A stretch of 63,346 nucleotides of DNA. Origin: Pyrinomonadaceae bacterium. Its GTDB lineage: Bacteria > Acidobacteriota > Blastocatellia > Pyrinomonadales > Pyrinomonadaceae. Shown here in pieces: positions 1 to 10,163 of the stretch. The stretch spans positions 1 through 63,346 of the forward strand of contig DATAOU010000222.1 of assembly GCA_036265575.1 (NCBI GenBank), read 5' to 3'. Both the position numbers and the translations under genes were made by a program. The notes below the pieces were generated by a model. It saw nothing but the letters and a program-made list of their open reading frames with translations, had not been told where the DNA came from and did no database searches. Positions within the stretch are counted from its first letter, which is position 1. Every line of letters begins with the position of its first letter.

Positions 1-3000
1 TTAAAGCGGAAGAGATAACCGCCGGAAAGAAAAGGTCGCCCCGCGCCGACGAGCATGTCGCCTTCAAACTGCGGGCCGAGTTCCCTGCCCTGCACAAACC
101 CCAACCCGGCGGGAGCCAGGGCATACTTCCAACTGAATTCCGGATCGTTGTAGTGCGCACCGGGCAGCATGTAGAGCTGCGCGAGCGCCCCGGCAGGTGT
201 GTTGGCAATCAACGATGGTGGCCAACGCAACTGTTGCAGGTTGCCGGCGCCGTAAGCTGACTCAATAGATTTGAATTCAGCAACCCGACTAAGCGGGCCC
301 ATTGTTTCAACCCAACCATTATTCGACCCGGCGGTTATGCGATTCATTTCATCAAAGGCATCATCACCGTTTTCCTGGTCCCAAAGATTTCCCGATAGCG
401 GATCGAACGCCAATCCAAAACCATTGCGAACGCCGTATGCGTAAAGCTTCTTGATGTTTGCGGCAGCCTTACCGGTAAGACTTGTGGACGCGTTGTAGAA
501 AGGATTGTCGCTGGGCGTAGATCCGTCGTCATTGAGACGAAGCACAAAGCCGGTGAGGTGCGCATCGTCAGGCTCTGGTCCGCCATATTGATCGTCAGGC
601 ACTGGGCCAAACTGATTATTCTGCAAAAAGCCACGGCGGCCATTGTCGCCCATCAGAATGTATAGCTTGCCATCCGGACCGAAACGCAATATTCCCCCGT
701 TGTGATTGCCACGGAGTGGTTGGGTGGCGTCAGCCTGATAAGCGCGCAGCTTGATGAGGTTACGATCAAAGACGAGCGTGGAACCATTCCAAATGTAGCG
801 ATCGACGCGATTACCGAGCAACGCAACGTCGGCAAGATTTGTGGAATCCGATCCAGTGCTGCTCTCGGTCCAGTAGAGGTAGACGAAGTGATTAAACGCA
901 AAATTCGGATGCAGGGCGATTCCCAATAAACCGCGTTCGGAAGCGCTATTCACTGCAAGATCCAGCGGAATGCCCTGAATCGCTCCGTTCATAACAAACT
1001 TGACCTTGCCCGTGTCTTTCTCAGTTACAAAAAATGCGTTGCCGAAAAGCGCGATACTGGTTGGTTGCGAAAGGCCGCTAATGACTGTTTGTACTGACAA
1101 ATTCGGATCCAGCATCGTTGGTCCACTAGAGGGAGCATCAACGATTGTCTGTATCGTCACCGAGTTGTCATTCAAGTCTGGATCGTTTTCCGCGCCGGCT
1201 ACGCTTGCAGTGTTAGTGAGCTGACCAACTGTTTGCGGCGTTACCGTGATGCTTACGATTGCAGTCGAAGCGTTCGCGATCGCCCCCAGGTTGCAAGTCA
1301 AAGGAGTGCCACCGCACGAGCCCTGGCTCGGGATCGCTGAAACAAAGGACGGACCTGACGGCAACTGGTCAGTCATCGTCACATTGGTCGCGGGAGATGG
1401 ACCATTATTCGTAACCACAATGCGATAGGTGAGAGCGGCAAGGGAAATCGCTGGATTAGGCGACGCGGTTTTTGTGATTGCCAGGTTCGCGCTCGGGGTT
1501 CCTGAAACGACTAATTGAGCTGCTGCAGTGTGCTGCAAGCTTCCGCTGGTCGCCGTGACATTCAGCGAGTAGTTACCCGGAGGTGTTCCGGCGGTCGTCG
1601 CAATGGTCATTGTTGAGGACTGGGGTGACGTGCTGTCGATCACGATGCTCGCGGGATTGAAAGTCGCGGTGGCATCATTTGAAAAGCCCGAGGCGCTCAA
1701 TGAAATCGTGCCGGTAAATCCCCCAACCGCAGTTGCCGTTACTGTGTAGCCGGTGGTGCCTCCTGGAAGTACTGTTCGCGACGCGGGCGCGACCGAGAGA
1801 GAAAAGTCGGCGGGCGGCGTGGCGTCGGCAATCTTTACGAGGAAAGAATCCTGGCCACCAGCTTTGCTTGACTGCAACGGGTTCGCGGTGGGGAAATTCG
1901 TGGACGAACTAAAACCGGTGATGTAAGCGTTGCCGAAAGAATCGAGCGCGATCGGGTTCGTTGAAGTGCCGGTGGTAGCGTTGCTCTCGTTCGCGCTACC
2001 GCCGAGATAGGTCGAATACAGTAATGCGTTCCCCGCCGGGTTCAGCTTTGCGACGAATGCATCAAAGCCGCCACCGTTAGCAAGCTGTAACGGGCTTACC
2101 GTCGGAAAGTTTGTGGATGAAGTTGCACCCGTAACGTAAGCTGCCCCGGCGGCATTCACCGCCACACCACTACCGCGATCGTCGCCGCTTCCACCCAGGT
2201 AAGTCGCGTAGACCTTTGTTCCGGCGCTCGAAATCTTCGCCACGAACGCGTCGAACGATCCACCGAACGCCGGTTGTGCAGGCGCCAGTAACGGAAAGTT
2301 GTTCGAAGACGTTTGACCACTGACGTACATATTATTCCCGCCGGCATCGATCGCGATTCCATAGGCTTTATCATCACCCGCGCCGCCGAGATACGAACAG
2401 AAGACCAGTGAACTCGCGCCGCTGCTATTCGTATCGAACTTTGCAACGAAAGCATCAAAGCTGCCGCCAAAGCTATTTTGAAAAGCATTTTCGGTGGGAA
2501 AATCACTCGCGCTGGTAAAGCCGGACACATACGCGTTGCCATTGGTGTCGATAGCGATGCCGCTGCCGCGATCGCTGCCCGAACCGCCAAGGAAAGTCGA
2601 GTAAACCAATCCTGAGCCCGCCGAATTTATTTTCGTCAGGTAGGCATCAGTGTCGCCGGCGCGCGTTCCCTGGTAAGCGCTGGTGGTCGTGGGAAAGGCA
2701 CTCGACTTGGTGCCGCCAGTTACGTAGGCATTTCCCGCAGCATCGATCGCGACGCCTTCGGTTGAATCGTTCTCTTCCCCACCAAGAAAGCCTGAATAAA
2801 CCAGAGCATTGCCCTGTCCATTTAGTTTGAAAACAACGCCATCAAAATCACCGCCGCGATAGTTAGGTGCGAAAGAACCGAGCGTGGTGGGAAAATTTGT
2901 TGATGAGGAATCAACTCGCCCCACCACGTAGGCATTCCCATTAGCATCGATTGCGATACCGTCGCCGCGATCCTGACCGCTGCCACCGATATAAGTTGAG

Positions 3001-4004
3001 TAAAGAATGTTTGCGCCGGTCGCATCAATCTTTGTCACAAAGATGTCGGCCAATCCTGAGTTGGAGCCGTACGCTGCGCTTTGAAGTGGAAAGTTGGTTG
3101 AGCTGGTCGTTCCCGCGATGTAAATGTTGTTATTGCTATCGACGGCGATGCTGCTGCCAAGGTCATCGCCGCTGCCGCCGAGATAGGTTGAGAAAACTAA
3201 GGTAGGGTCGATGATCAATTCCCTTGTGTTGTCATATGGGCCAACTTCGAAACCAATAGTTTGTTTAGCGACCACTGTAAAGCGTCCAGCAACTAGACGG
3301 CGCTGTCCATAGATCTCCTGGTAGACCACTGGCTTGCGTTGTCGAAGCTCACCAAGTGGCGTGCGCAGCACCAGGTCACCGTCTGCATCAATACGCGGTC
3401 GAGCTGACTGATTGAACCTCAATCGAATCGTCTGCGGATTGGCACCGGGAGCGACGATGAAGTCGTATTCAAGCTCCTGCCGGTTGCCGTAGTAGCCAAG
3501 ACTGATTCCGGGATAGATATCTTCATAGCGCACAGCGCGAAACGTCGGGACGTTGGTGCGCCATTTAGACGGATCATTACCAAGGAAATAATTCCCATGG
3601 CCGGGCAGCTGCTCGACACCGGTGGCGGTCGCCCGGGCATTAGCGCCCAACAGGTTCATTGCCAGTGACGATGACGAGGCTGACTTAGTGCGGCCGTGAG
3701 CTTTTAAGTTTCGGGAGGTATTCTGCCTCAGCTCGACCAAGGCCCCCGTCGAAGTAAGAAATACAGTGTAGTCGCTACCACGCGCGGAAAACTTTGCCCG
3801 GGTATCCAGTTGGCCCATGTTTTGTTCAAAGCTGAGCGGTAGTTGGGCGGCAAGGTTGCTCAGTTGCCCTCGGTCGAGGAGTCCCGGCTGGGGTGTAGCA
3901 CTAGCTCGAGTGGCATTAACGTGCGTCGCAAAATCCGACCAGCACAGTGAGACGACCACAACGCCGCAAACAATACCCAGAATTGCTTTCTGTTTTAAGT
4001 TCAT
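1..4004 (-). CDS. Large secreted SBBP (beta-propeller) repeat protein with a C-terminal glucose/sorbosone-dehydrogenase-like propeller; the 3' end lies beyond the window edge
   Basis: The minus-strand frame is open from the ATG at 4004 towards position 1. It is absent from the ORF track because no stop lies in the window. I spot-checked the frame at 3-80, 301-440, 1500-1541 and roughly 2500-4004, but not every codon. My translation starts MNLKQKAILGIVCGVVVVSL (signal-like). It then shows repeated 'YSTYLGGSG.D.G..IA.D..GNAYV.G.T.S..FP' units (SBBP repeat signature) across about 1900-3250. Near 300-440 it reads 'RNGFGLAFDPLSGNLWDQENGDDAFDEMNRITAGSNNGW', typical of the PQQ-type sugar dehydrogenase (GSDH) fold. 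Confidence 0.75.
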   Translation of the reverse strand, partial: MNLKQKAILGIVCGVVVVSLCWSDFATHVNATRASATPQPGLLDRGQLSNLAAQLPLSFEQNMGQLDTRAKFSARGSDYTVFLTSTGALVELRQNTSRNLKAHGRTKSASSSSLAMNLLGANARATATGVEQLPGHGNYFLGNDPSKWRTNVPTFRAVRYEDIYPGISLGYYGNRQELEYDFIVAPGANPQTIRLRFNQSARPRIDADGDLVLRTPLGELRQRKPVVYQEIYGQRRLVAGRFTVVAKQTIGFEVGPYDNTRELIIDPTLVFSTYLGGSGDDLGSSIAVDSNNNIYIAGTTSSTNFPLQSAAYGSNSGLADIFVTKIDATGANILYSTYIGGSGQDRGDGIAIDANGNAYVVGRVDSSSTNFPTTLGSFAPNYRGGDFDGVVFKLNGQGNALVYSGFLGGEENDSTEGVAIDAAGNAYVTGGTKSSAFPTTTSAYQGTRAGDTDAYLTKINSAGSGLVYSTFLGGSGSDRGSGIAIDTNGNAYVSGFTSASDFPTENAFQNSFGGSFDAFVAKFDTNSSGASSLVFCSYLGGAGDDKAYGIAIDAGGNNMYVSGQTSSNNFPLLAPAQPAFGGSFDAFVAKISSAGTKVYATYLGGSGDDRGSGVAVNAAGAAYVTGATSSTNFPTVSPLQLANGGGFDAFVAKLNPAGNALLYSTYLGGSANESNATTGTSTNPIALDSFGNAYITGFSSSTNFPTANPLQSSKAGGQDSFLVKIADATPPADFSLSVAPASRTVLPGGTTGYTVTATAVGGFTGTISLSASGFSNDATATFNPASIVIDSTSPQSSTMTIATTAGTPPGNYSLNVTATSGSLQHTAAAQLVVSGTPSANLAITKTASPNPAISLAALTYRIVVTNNGPSPATNVTMTDQLPSGPSFVSAIPSQGSCGGTPLTCNLGAIANASTAIVSITVTPQTVGQLTNTASVAGAENDPDLNDNSVTIQTIVDAPSSGPTMLDPNLSVQTVISGLSQPTSIALFGNAFFVTEKDTGKVKFVMNGAIQGIPLDLAVNSASERGLLGIALHPNFAFNHFVYLYWTESSTGSDSTNLADVALLGNRVDRYIWNGSTLVFDRNLIKLRAYQADATQPLRGNHNGGILRFGPDGKLYILMGDNGRRGFLQNNQFGPVPDDQYGGPEPDDAHLTGFVLRLNDDGSTPSDNPFYNASTSLTGKAAANIKKLYAYGVRNGFGLAFDPLSGNLWDQENGDDAFDEMNRITAGSNNGWVETMGPLSRVAEFKSIESAYGAGNLQQLRWPPSLIANTPAGALAQLYMLPGAHYNDPEFSWKYALAPAGLGFVQGRELGPQFEGDMLVGAGRPFLSGGYLFRF

Positions 4005-4171
4005 TAAGAAATTTCAATGCGCCAACGGAACCCGCGGAGCGGGCTGCGCTAAGCAGACTAACAGTGTGTTTTCCGCTCCTCAATAAAAGAACCGAGCGCG
4101 CCTGAACACCGAACAACTTTCTTGTGTTCAATCGCCTCGGTCCTCAACTTCCGCTCGTTAAGTAATTCTTA

Positions 4172-5701
4172 TCAACTTAGAAACGGTAACGTTGGCGTCG
4201 CAAAGGTAGCCAGGTTCGGAAATACCGATGCCCGGTCACTTGCCGGCAGGCCATACCAGTTGGCAAGTGTCGCCGCGTATTGATCGATTGAAGTTGTGGG
4301 AATCCATTGACCACGATTGCTGGTGGTGTCGTCTGGTCCTGCAAGCTGCAATGCCGGATAACCGTAAGGCAAGCCGCTTCCATCAGGGCGCGTCGATCCA
4401 TAGAAAGCGCCGCCCAGCACTGAGCCCCCCATAATAAATGCGTGACCACCCCACGCGTGATCTGTGCCGACAGTGCCGGCGCCCGAGCCAGATGGCTGCA
4501 ACGTACGTCCAAAATCGGAAAGCGTAAAAGTCGTCACGCTATTATTCAGGCCCTGTGCCACCATTTCATCATAGAACGCCTTCATCGCCTGACTGAGTTG
4601 AGCAAGCAGTAAACCCTGAGTTCCTGATTGAGTTCCTTGTCCGCCCGGATTGGCTGGGTCACTGCCGGTTTCGTTAGTGTGTGTATCGAATCCGCCGAGT
4701 GAGCAAAAGAAAATTTGACGCTTCATTGTGATGCCCGCGGCGTCCTTAATCTTGATCAGCTTGGCGATCTGTTTGAGTTGATTGCCCAGCGAAGTCGTTG
4801 GGAAAGTAGTGGCCAAAACCGGATCAGGTTGGTTCAATGCCTGGTCGGCCGACAGCGCCTGGTTCGTGGTATCGCTTGCACCCTTCACCAGATAGGAGCT
4901 TGTATCAAATCCAAGTAACGTCCGGTAGCTACTGCCAGCCGTGTTTGGATTCGCGCCGCCTACTCCATTCCAATTCAGCACCAGCAGATTTGCCAGCGTT
5001 GTCGGGGCGGCCGCGATTGCCAGTTGGCGTGAGTTAACACCGGTGGAGAAAAGACTGGTGCCTGCCAGAGAAATATTCATCGGCAGCGCTACGGTACCGT
5101 TTAGCGAATTCGTTTTGTCGGCAATCCGTCCGCCCCAACCCGTCTGACCGACGGTGTTCGCCACCGATGTCATTTGCTGACTGACTTGATCTGAATGCGA
5201 GAAGAGTTGATAAGGACGTCCAATACCGGCCCCATACTGCGCGCGAGTGATTGGACGGACGAGTGATCCAACATTGCAAAGCACAGCGAGTTTGCCGGCG
5301 GTCCAAATGTCCATCAGGCCTTTTGCCTGGCCGGCAACGGAACCAAACTCCGGCGAGAGATTTGGATGGAATCCATAAGACACTCCGCTCGTGTTGGCTG
5401 GAGTAATTTTTAAGAGTGAAGATTTCGGCACGGCCAGCCCTGACGGAGTGCGCACATTGTCATAGCCGTTGGTGGTCCCACCGGTTGCATTGGTGTAGTC
5501 GTCGTACGGAATCACCATGTTGTTACCGTCAGAGCCGCCGTTCAGAAAAATGCAGACTAGCGCTTTGTAATCCGTAGCGGTCGCGGTTTGTTCCTGGACC
5601 ATGGCATTCACCAGATTGAGTTTGTCCAGACTCGCGAGCATCGCAGCTCCAGTCAAACCGCAAACCGATGTTTTGAGAAATTTGCGCCGTGAGTCACTCA
5701 T
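4172..5701 (-). CDS. DUF1501 domain protein (sulfatase-fold, Tat signal)
   Basis: 509-aa ORF. N-terminal twin-arginine motif 'SRRKFLKTS'. Motifs 'GGFDTH', 'DFGRT' and 'DHAWGG' are typical of DUF1501. It lies immediately downstream of a DUF1800 gene, which is the classical pairing. Confidence 0.85.
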   Translation of the reverse strand: MSDSRRKFLKTSVCGLTGAAMLASLDKLNLVNAMVQEQTATATDYKALVCIFLNGGSDGNNMVIPYDDYTNATGGTTNGYDNVRTPSGLAVPKSSLLKITPANTSGVSYGFHPNLSPEFGSVAGQAKGLMDIWTAGKLAVLCNVGSLVRPITRAQYGAGIGRPYQLFSHSDQVSQQMTSVANTVGQTGWGGRIADKTNSLNGTVALPMNISLAGTSLFSTGVNSRQLAIAAAPTTLANLLVLNWNGVGGANPNTAGSSYRTLLGFDTSSYLVKGASDTTNQALSADQALNQPDPVLATTFPTTSLGNQLKQIAKLIKIKDAAGITMKRQIFFCSLGGFDTHTNETGSDPANPGGQGTQSGTQGLLLAQLSQAMKAFYDEMVAQGLNNSVTTFTLSDFGRTLQPSGSGAGTVGTDHAWGGHAFIMGGSVLGGAFYGSTRPDGSGLPYGYPALQLAGPDDTTSNRGQWIPTTSIDQYAATLANWYGLPASDRASVFPNLATFATPTLPFLS

Positions 5702-5705
5702 TGTT

Positions 5706-8015
5706 CTATTTCTCCACCTGATACTGCGATGAGGTCGCTATTAAATAGATTGCCGTCTGCGTACGCTGTTGGGCCTGCGTCGTCGCGTTCGAATTGGTTA
5801 TGGCAGTGATCGTGGCAACGATATTGGCGTTCATCGCCGGCGACATCGTGCCGTGCATCAACCGCGCGTTTAATGCGTCAACCAGTTGCTGCGGATTAGC
5901 CGCCAGTGCTTGATACGCAGACGTATTCACTTGCGTGCCCTGGGGGCGATTCGGACTGCTGACCGGAATGCCATTACCGCTATTCGCAAGGAACAGGGTG
6001 TTCACAAAGTTGGCACGCTTATAGGTTGTAGAGGTATCGAGCAAGCCAAACTCGGGACCGAAGAGGTTCGTGCCCGGCAAGCCATAGTCAGCCGGGTAAT
6101 AGCTGAACACGGTTGGTGGATTGAATAAATTCTGACCAAGATCGTTGGTGAAACTAAAAGGAGTGCTGGCCAAAACTCCATCGCTGGTTGCGTTGAAAGT
6201 GCGAAGCAGGTGCGTCATCAGCAAGACCGGTTCGCGCAGGTGTCCATAATCAGGTGCGTTTTTCACGTCGCCGCGCGCCTCAATGTCCAGCAGGATGGCC
6301 GTAATCACGGCCTTCATGTCGCCGCGGGTCCCGGATCCGTTGTTAGCAAAGGCGGCGGCGCAACGCCCGACATAGGCGGGTGTCGGATTGCTGGTTACCA
6401 ACTGGTGGATCAGTTGGGTGCAAACGTATGGCCCGGTGTTGGGATGATTAAATAAGTTATCGATCGCAGTATTGAGCGAGGAGATCGCATAGGCCTTAGT
6501 GTTTGCCAGGTTCACCGCTGAAGAATTCCCGGTGCAATTGCTGCAGGCCGGCACAACAACAGGACTCGCGTGGGCGATGTCGGAAAGCAGCGTCTTCTGC
6601 GCAATGTCGTAACGGTTTACGTTACCGTTGGGAACCATCGGATCGAGGTAGTTAGGAACTGAAATGGTGGCGTCGCCAACCCACGGTTTATTCACGTCAA
6701 GATCCCAACCAGTAAACACGCGCGCCAGGTTTGCAATCGTATTCTGATCGTAACTGGGAACGCGGTTACCCTGGCTATCCAGCACTGGCGTTCCGTCCTG
6801 GTTCAAAGTGTCTACGCCGATCGAGAATAACTGCATGATCTCTCTCGCGTAGTTCTCATTCGGCGTTGGGTTCGCCCGGTTCACAACCGAGTTGCCGCGC
6901 ATGTTCAAGTACTCGCCCATCCCCGGGTTGAGCGTGACCTCGTACAACAACGTGCGGAAGTTGCCAAACGCATTTCGATCGATGGTTTGCAAGTAGGGTG
7001 CATACCAACTTGTCTCGTTGCCGTTAAGTTGAACGCCACCAACGACAATGAACTGATGCAGCGCAAAAGCAACTCGCTGTCGCAATTGATCGGGCTGACT
7101 CAAAGCGTTGGTAAAGAATTGTTTTTGTAACGGGTAGAGCGTGTAGTTATCCCTAAAGCAAGTAGTCGTCGAATCACAGGGTGGCGCCGGTGCCGCGGGA
7201 TAAAACTGCGGATACAACGAAAACGGAGGATAGTCAGACTGCGTAGCGCTGAATTGCGGCGCGGTATTGAACTGCTCGTTGAGCCAGGCCGCATAACCTA
7301 CGCTGCGAACGTGCGCGAGATCAGTATCGGAAGGTCCCCAGGTTGCCTGTTCGAGAAATCTAATGCCATCGGGACCCGAGGCAAACGCCGGATCGGCGTA
7401 ACTGTTCGGCGTCGTTGGCGGAACCGGAATTGTTGGATCGCCCGTAATTGGAGTCGCAACTGCTCCGGCATCGTCAGCTGGTCCTCCACCGAGATGTCCA
7501 ATCGCCACCCGCACCCGATTGCTCGACACGCCATGAAGATTAACCCGCAGTAAAACGTCGCCGGTGTCGCCAAGGTCATCAGAGAGGCGCAACACCAGCA
7601 TGCTAACTCCAGGGAAACCTGCCACCGGAGCTTCATATTCAACCTTCAACGAATAGAGTTTTCCCGTAGCGTCCTGGACGTCGGCAGTGAATGCAGTTGC
7701 TCCCTCGCCCGCGAGCAGTTCCAGGTTTTGTGCGAAGATGCAAATGCGCGTGCGCGTGTCGCTGCCGAACTTTACAGTTGAGGTCAAGGGAAACGGCTCG
7801 GCCTTAAGTGTGATCGACTCCAAAGCGATGGCACGAGTAGAAGCCGAGTCACTGATCAGGACTGGAGCCTGGTTTGGATTTGCTGCGTACGCCGAGCTGG
7901 CAGTAAGGAGGAGTCCCAAAAGCAGTGAGCTTAGTATTGGGGGAAAACGATGCGAAGTACGGAGCGGGAGACTGCATGTCATAGGATGGCTCTCCAACAC
8001 AAGTTTCTGCAACAA
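5706..8015 (-). CDS. DUF1800 domain protein with an N-terminal extension
   Basis: 769-aa ORF. 'FLEQATWGPS', 'MGEYLNMRGN' and 'NENYAREIMQLFSIG' match my memory of DUF1800. A signal-like peptide follows the internal Met at 7982, so the start may be 7982 rather than 8015. Confidence 0.85.
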   Translation of the reverse strand: MLQKLVLESHPMTCSLPLRTSHRFPPILSSLLLGLLLTASSAYAANPNQAPVLISDSASTRAIALESITLKAEPFPLTSTVKFGSDTRTRICIFAQNLELLAGEGATAFTADVQDATGKLYSLKVEYEAPVAGFPGVSMLVLRLSDDLGDTGDVLLRVNLHGVSSNRVRVAIGHLGGGPADDAGAVATPITGDPTIPVPPTTPNSYADPAFASGPDGIRFLEQATWGPSDTDLAHVRSVGYAAWLNEQFNTAPQFSATQSDYPPFSLYPQFYPAAPAPPCDSTTTCFRDNYTLYPLQKQFFTNALSQPDQLRQRVAFALHQFIVVGGVQLNGNETSWYAPYLQTIDRNAFGNFRTLLYEVTLNPGMGEYLNMRGNSVVNRANPTPNENYAREIMQLFSIGVDTLNQDGTPVLDSQGNRVPSYDQNTIANLARVFTGWDLDVNKPWVGDATISVPNYLDPMVPNGNVNRYDIAQKTLLSDIAHASPVVVPACSNCTGNSSAVNLANTKAYAISSLNTAIDNLFNHPNTGPYVCTQLIHQLVTSNPTPAYVGRCAAAFANNGSGTRGDMKAVITAILLDIEARGDVKNAPDYGHLREPVLLMTHLLRTFNATSDGVLASTPFSFTNDLGQNLFNPPTVFSYYPADYGLPGTNLFGPEFGLLDTSTTYKRANFVNTLFLANSGNGIPVSSPNRPQGTQVNTSAYQALAANPQQLVDALNARLMHGTMSPAMNANIVATITAITNSNATTQAQQRTQTAIYLIATSSQYQVEK

Positions 8016-8394
8016 AACCTACTACCGTAAACGGTAATTTGATGAGGCTGATCCAATTGGATTGGTGGAGGGGCCACCCGGCCAATACCCCAGGCGTAGG
8101 CCAACTATATCATTCTCGCCGGTCCCAGGGTCAACAATTTAGACGAGCGAAACCCTACGATAGTCGATACAAATTGAGAGGTATCTTGCAAAATGCCGGA
8201 AGGATCGCCGGCGCTATTCTTGATTCGCAAGTCATGCGAGAAGTCCGATCTGAAATTGCATAGACTTTAGCTAGTGCCTTAATGAGCTCACATTCAAAGA
8301 AACTAATACTCGCACTGCCCCGGACTTAGGAGTGCAAGACAGAAGTGTCAGGTTTGACAGCGCGTCGCCGCATCCCTATCATCAATTCACTTCG

Positions 8395-8472
<78 letters not shown>

Positions 8473-8490
8473 ACCATATCAAAACTTTCA

Positions 8491-8520
8491 CGGCCGCCAA
8501 TGCTGGCGGCCGTTCTGTTT
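8491..8520 (+). terminator. Rho-independent terminator after tRNA-Pro
   Basis: Perfect 9-bp GC-rich stem cggccgcca/tggcggccg with loop atgc, followed by ttctgttt. Confidence 0.55.
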
Positions 8521-8669
8521 GATTGCGAGCCTTTGACCAAAGTTCTGAGAGCGCACCTTTCTCGGCAGTTGCACGACCCGAAGGTATCGCATCGGAGTTT
8601 TCGGGGCCCGGGTCGCCCTCAGAGTCATTGTTGTCTAAAGTAAGTATTCGGCTAGCGTTATCCGCTTCG

Positions 8670-8939
8670 CTAAATTCCCATGAAGGCCAGTTGATCAATC
8701 ACTTGTCTCATCCGCAACGTCGCTTCGGGGTGGGCAGCTTCCAGTTGCGCCACCGCCTCTTTTAATCTCTCACCCAGATCACGATAGTGTTCCGCCCCTT
8801 CTTCTTGTCGCTCCAGCAGATTTTGAATGTCGCTCGCTACTTTCCGAAGGATGGCTTGTTGGTCCGTGTCAGCGCCTTCCACTTGATCGAGTTCAGCGTG
8901 TAACTGCGCGAGTTTCTCATGAAGCTGTTGTTTATCCAT
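8670..8939 (-). CDS. Small helical/coiled-coil protein, DUF4404-like
   Basis: 89-aa ORF 'MDKQQLHEKLAQLHAELDQVE...QVIDQLAFMGI'. The size, heptad-like Leu/Glu pattern and C-terminal '..MGI' resemble DUF4404 as I remember it. Not verified. Confidence 0.45.
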   Translation of the reverse strand: MDKQQLHEKLAQLHAELDQVEGADTDQQAILRKVASDIQNLLERQEEGAEHYRDLGERLKEAVAQLEAAHPEATLRMRQVIDQLAFMGI

Positions 8940-9024
8940 CGTCCTATTCCTTAACTCGAGGAATCGAAATTATGCTGCCCGTCTTTGAAAAGTCGATCGT
9001 CGTCCTTAGTACAGCAGGCGCTGC

Positions 9025-9927
9025 TTAGCTGAGAACAGGTCGCGTTGCGGCTCGATCGCCAGCCTCCGCGAGCGGCATAGAGTTCTGATCGACCGGTAGC
9101 GCTTGCTTAGGCGCAGAACGAGAATCGTGTAATTTGAAATACTCCTCTTCCCTAATCTGCTCTTTGGGAAAGCGGGCTCGTGCGAGTATACCCTTCACAT
9201 TCTCAACCATGCCGGGATGACCACACGCATATGCTGCGGTGTTGGTGTAACCGAAGCCCAGCCGATCAGCGTGCTTGCGCACGACGTCCTCAAGGCGCCC
9301 AGTCTCACCCTTCCAGTCTGGTTCTTTCCAGGGACGGCTGATAGTTGGCACATAATTCAACCATCCTGAGCGCGACAATTCGTCAAGCTCTCCAAGGTAT
9401 GGTCCAAAGTCACAAGAACGACTTGCGCCGTGAATTACCAAAAACCGATCATCGAGTCTTGCTCCACGTGCCCGCTCAGTTTGCTGAGTTCTCAGTATGC
9501 TAATGAACGGCGCCACGCCGGTGACGGTAGCCAGCATCAGGTGACGATTGAAATGAGTGTTCACACTGAATTGGCCCACAACGCGCCGTCGAACCAGGAT
9601 GGAAGATCCCAATTTTAATTCCCAAAGCTTTGGAGTCAGCACGCCGCCAGGTACCAACTCAACAAAGAACTCCAAAAACGGCTCGTAAGGCGAAGAGACA
9701 ATCGAGTAGGGGCGTTCGATAACACCGCCATTGATGGCAACGCCAATGGTTGAATACTGACCAGCAGCAAAAGAAAGTTGCACCTCAGGACGAAAGCGGA
9801 ATACTGCAAGATTTGCTGAGACGTCTATTCTCTCAATCAATTCCGCCGCGTAATAGTTCGATTGGCTCATACTCATCCACAGGCCAGCGTGTGCATACCG
9901 TGGGGAATTCATTGCGCCTACGCTCAT
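9025..9927 (-). CDS. Ferredoxin-NADP(+) reductase-type oxidoreductase (FAD/NAD(P)-binding)
   Basis: 300-aa ORF with the 'RPYSIVSSP' (RxYS FAD-binding) motif and 'GTGVAPF'-like 'VTGVAPFISIL'. The start may be an internal Met. Confidence 0.75.
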   Translation of the reverse strand: MSVGAMNSPRYAHAGLWMSMSQSNYYAAELIERIDVSANLAVFRFRPEVQLSFAAGQYSTIGVAINGGVIERPYSIVSSPYEPFLEFFVELVPGGVLTPKLWELKLGSSILVRRRVVGQFSVNTHFNRHLMLATVTGVAPFISILRTQQTERARGARLDDRFLVIHGASRSCDFGPYLGELDELSRSGWLNYVPTISRPWKEPDWKGETGRLEDVVRKHADRLGFGYTNTAAYACGHPGMVENVKGILARARFPKEQIREEEYFKLHDSRSAPKQALPVDQNSMPLAEAGDRAATRPVLS

Positions 9928-10163
9928 GGTCCCGGTTATGCCGATGCAATGAACATACCGAGCCCCTGATCTCCGTTTGTCCCATCTTTTCGGGCATCAA
10001 TCAGGTACACGTGCGCATAGTTTCATCGCCCTGCGGGAAAACTCGCTACTGCCCAGGAGCCGGCCCTACCGAAAGTCTCGTGGCCGCAACTCTTTGCCAG
10101 AACGTGTCAGCAGGCACAGGAAGGACGACGTACGCTTAGGTCGAGAGGTGTTGTGAGTACTCG

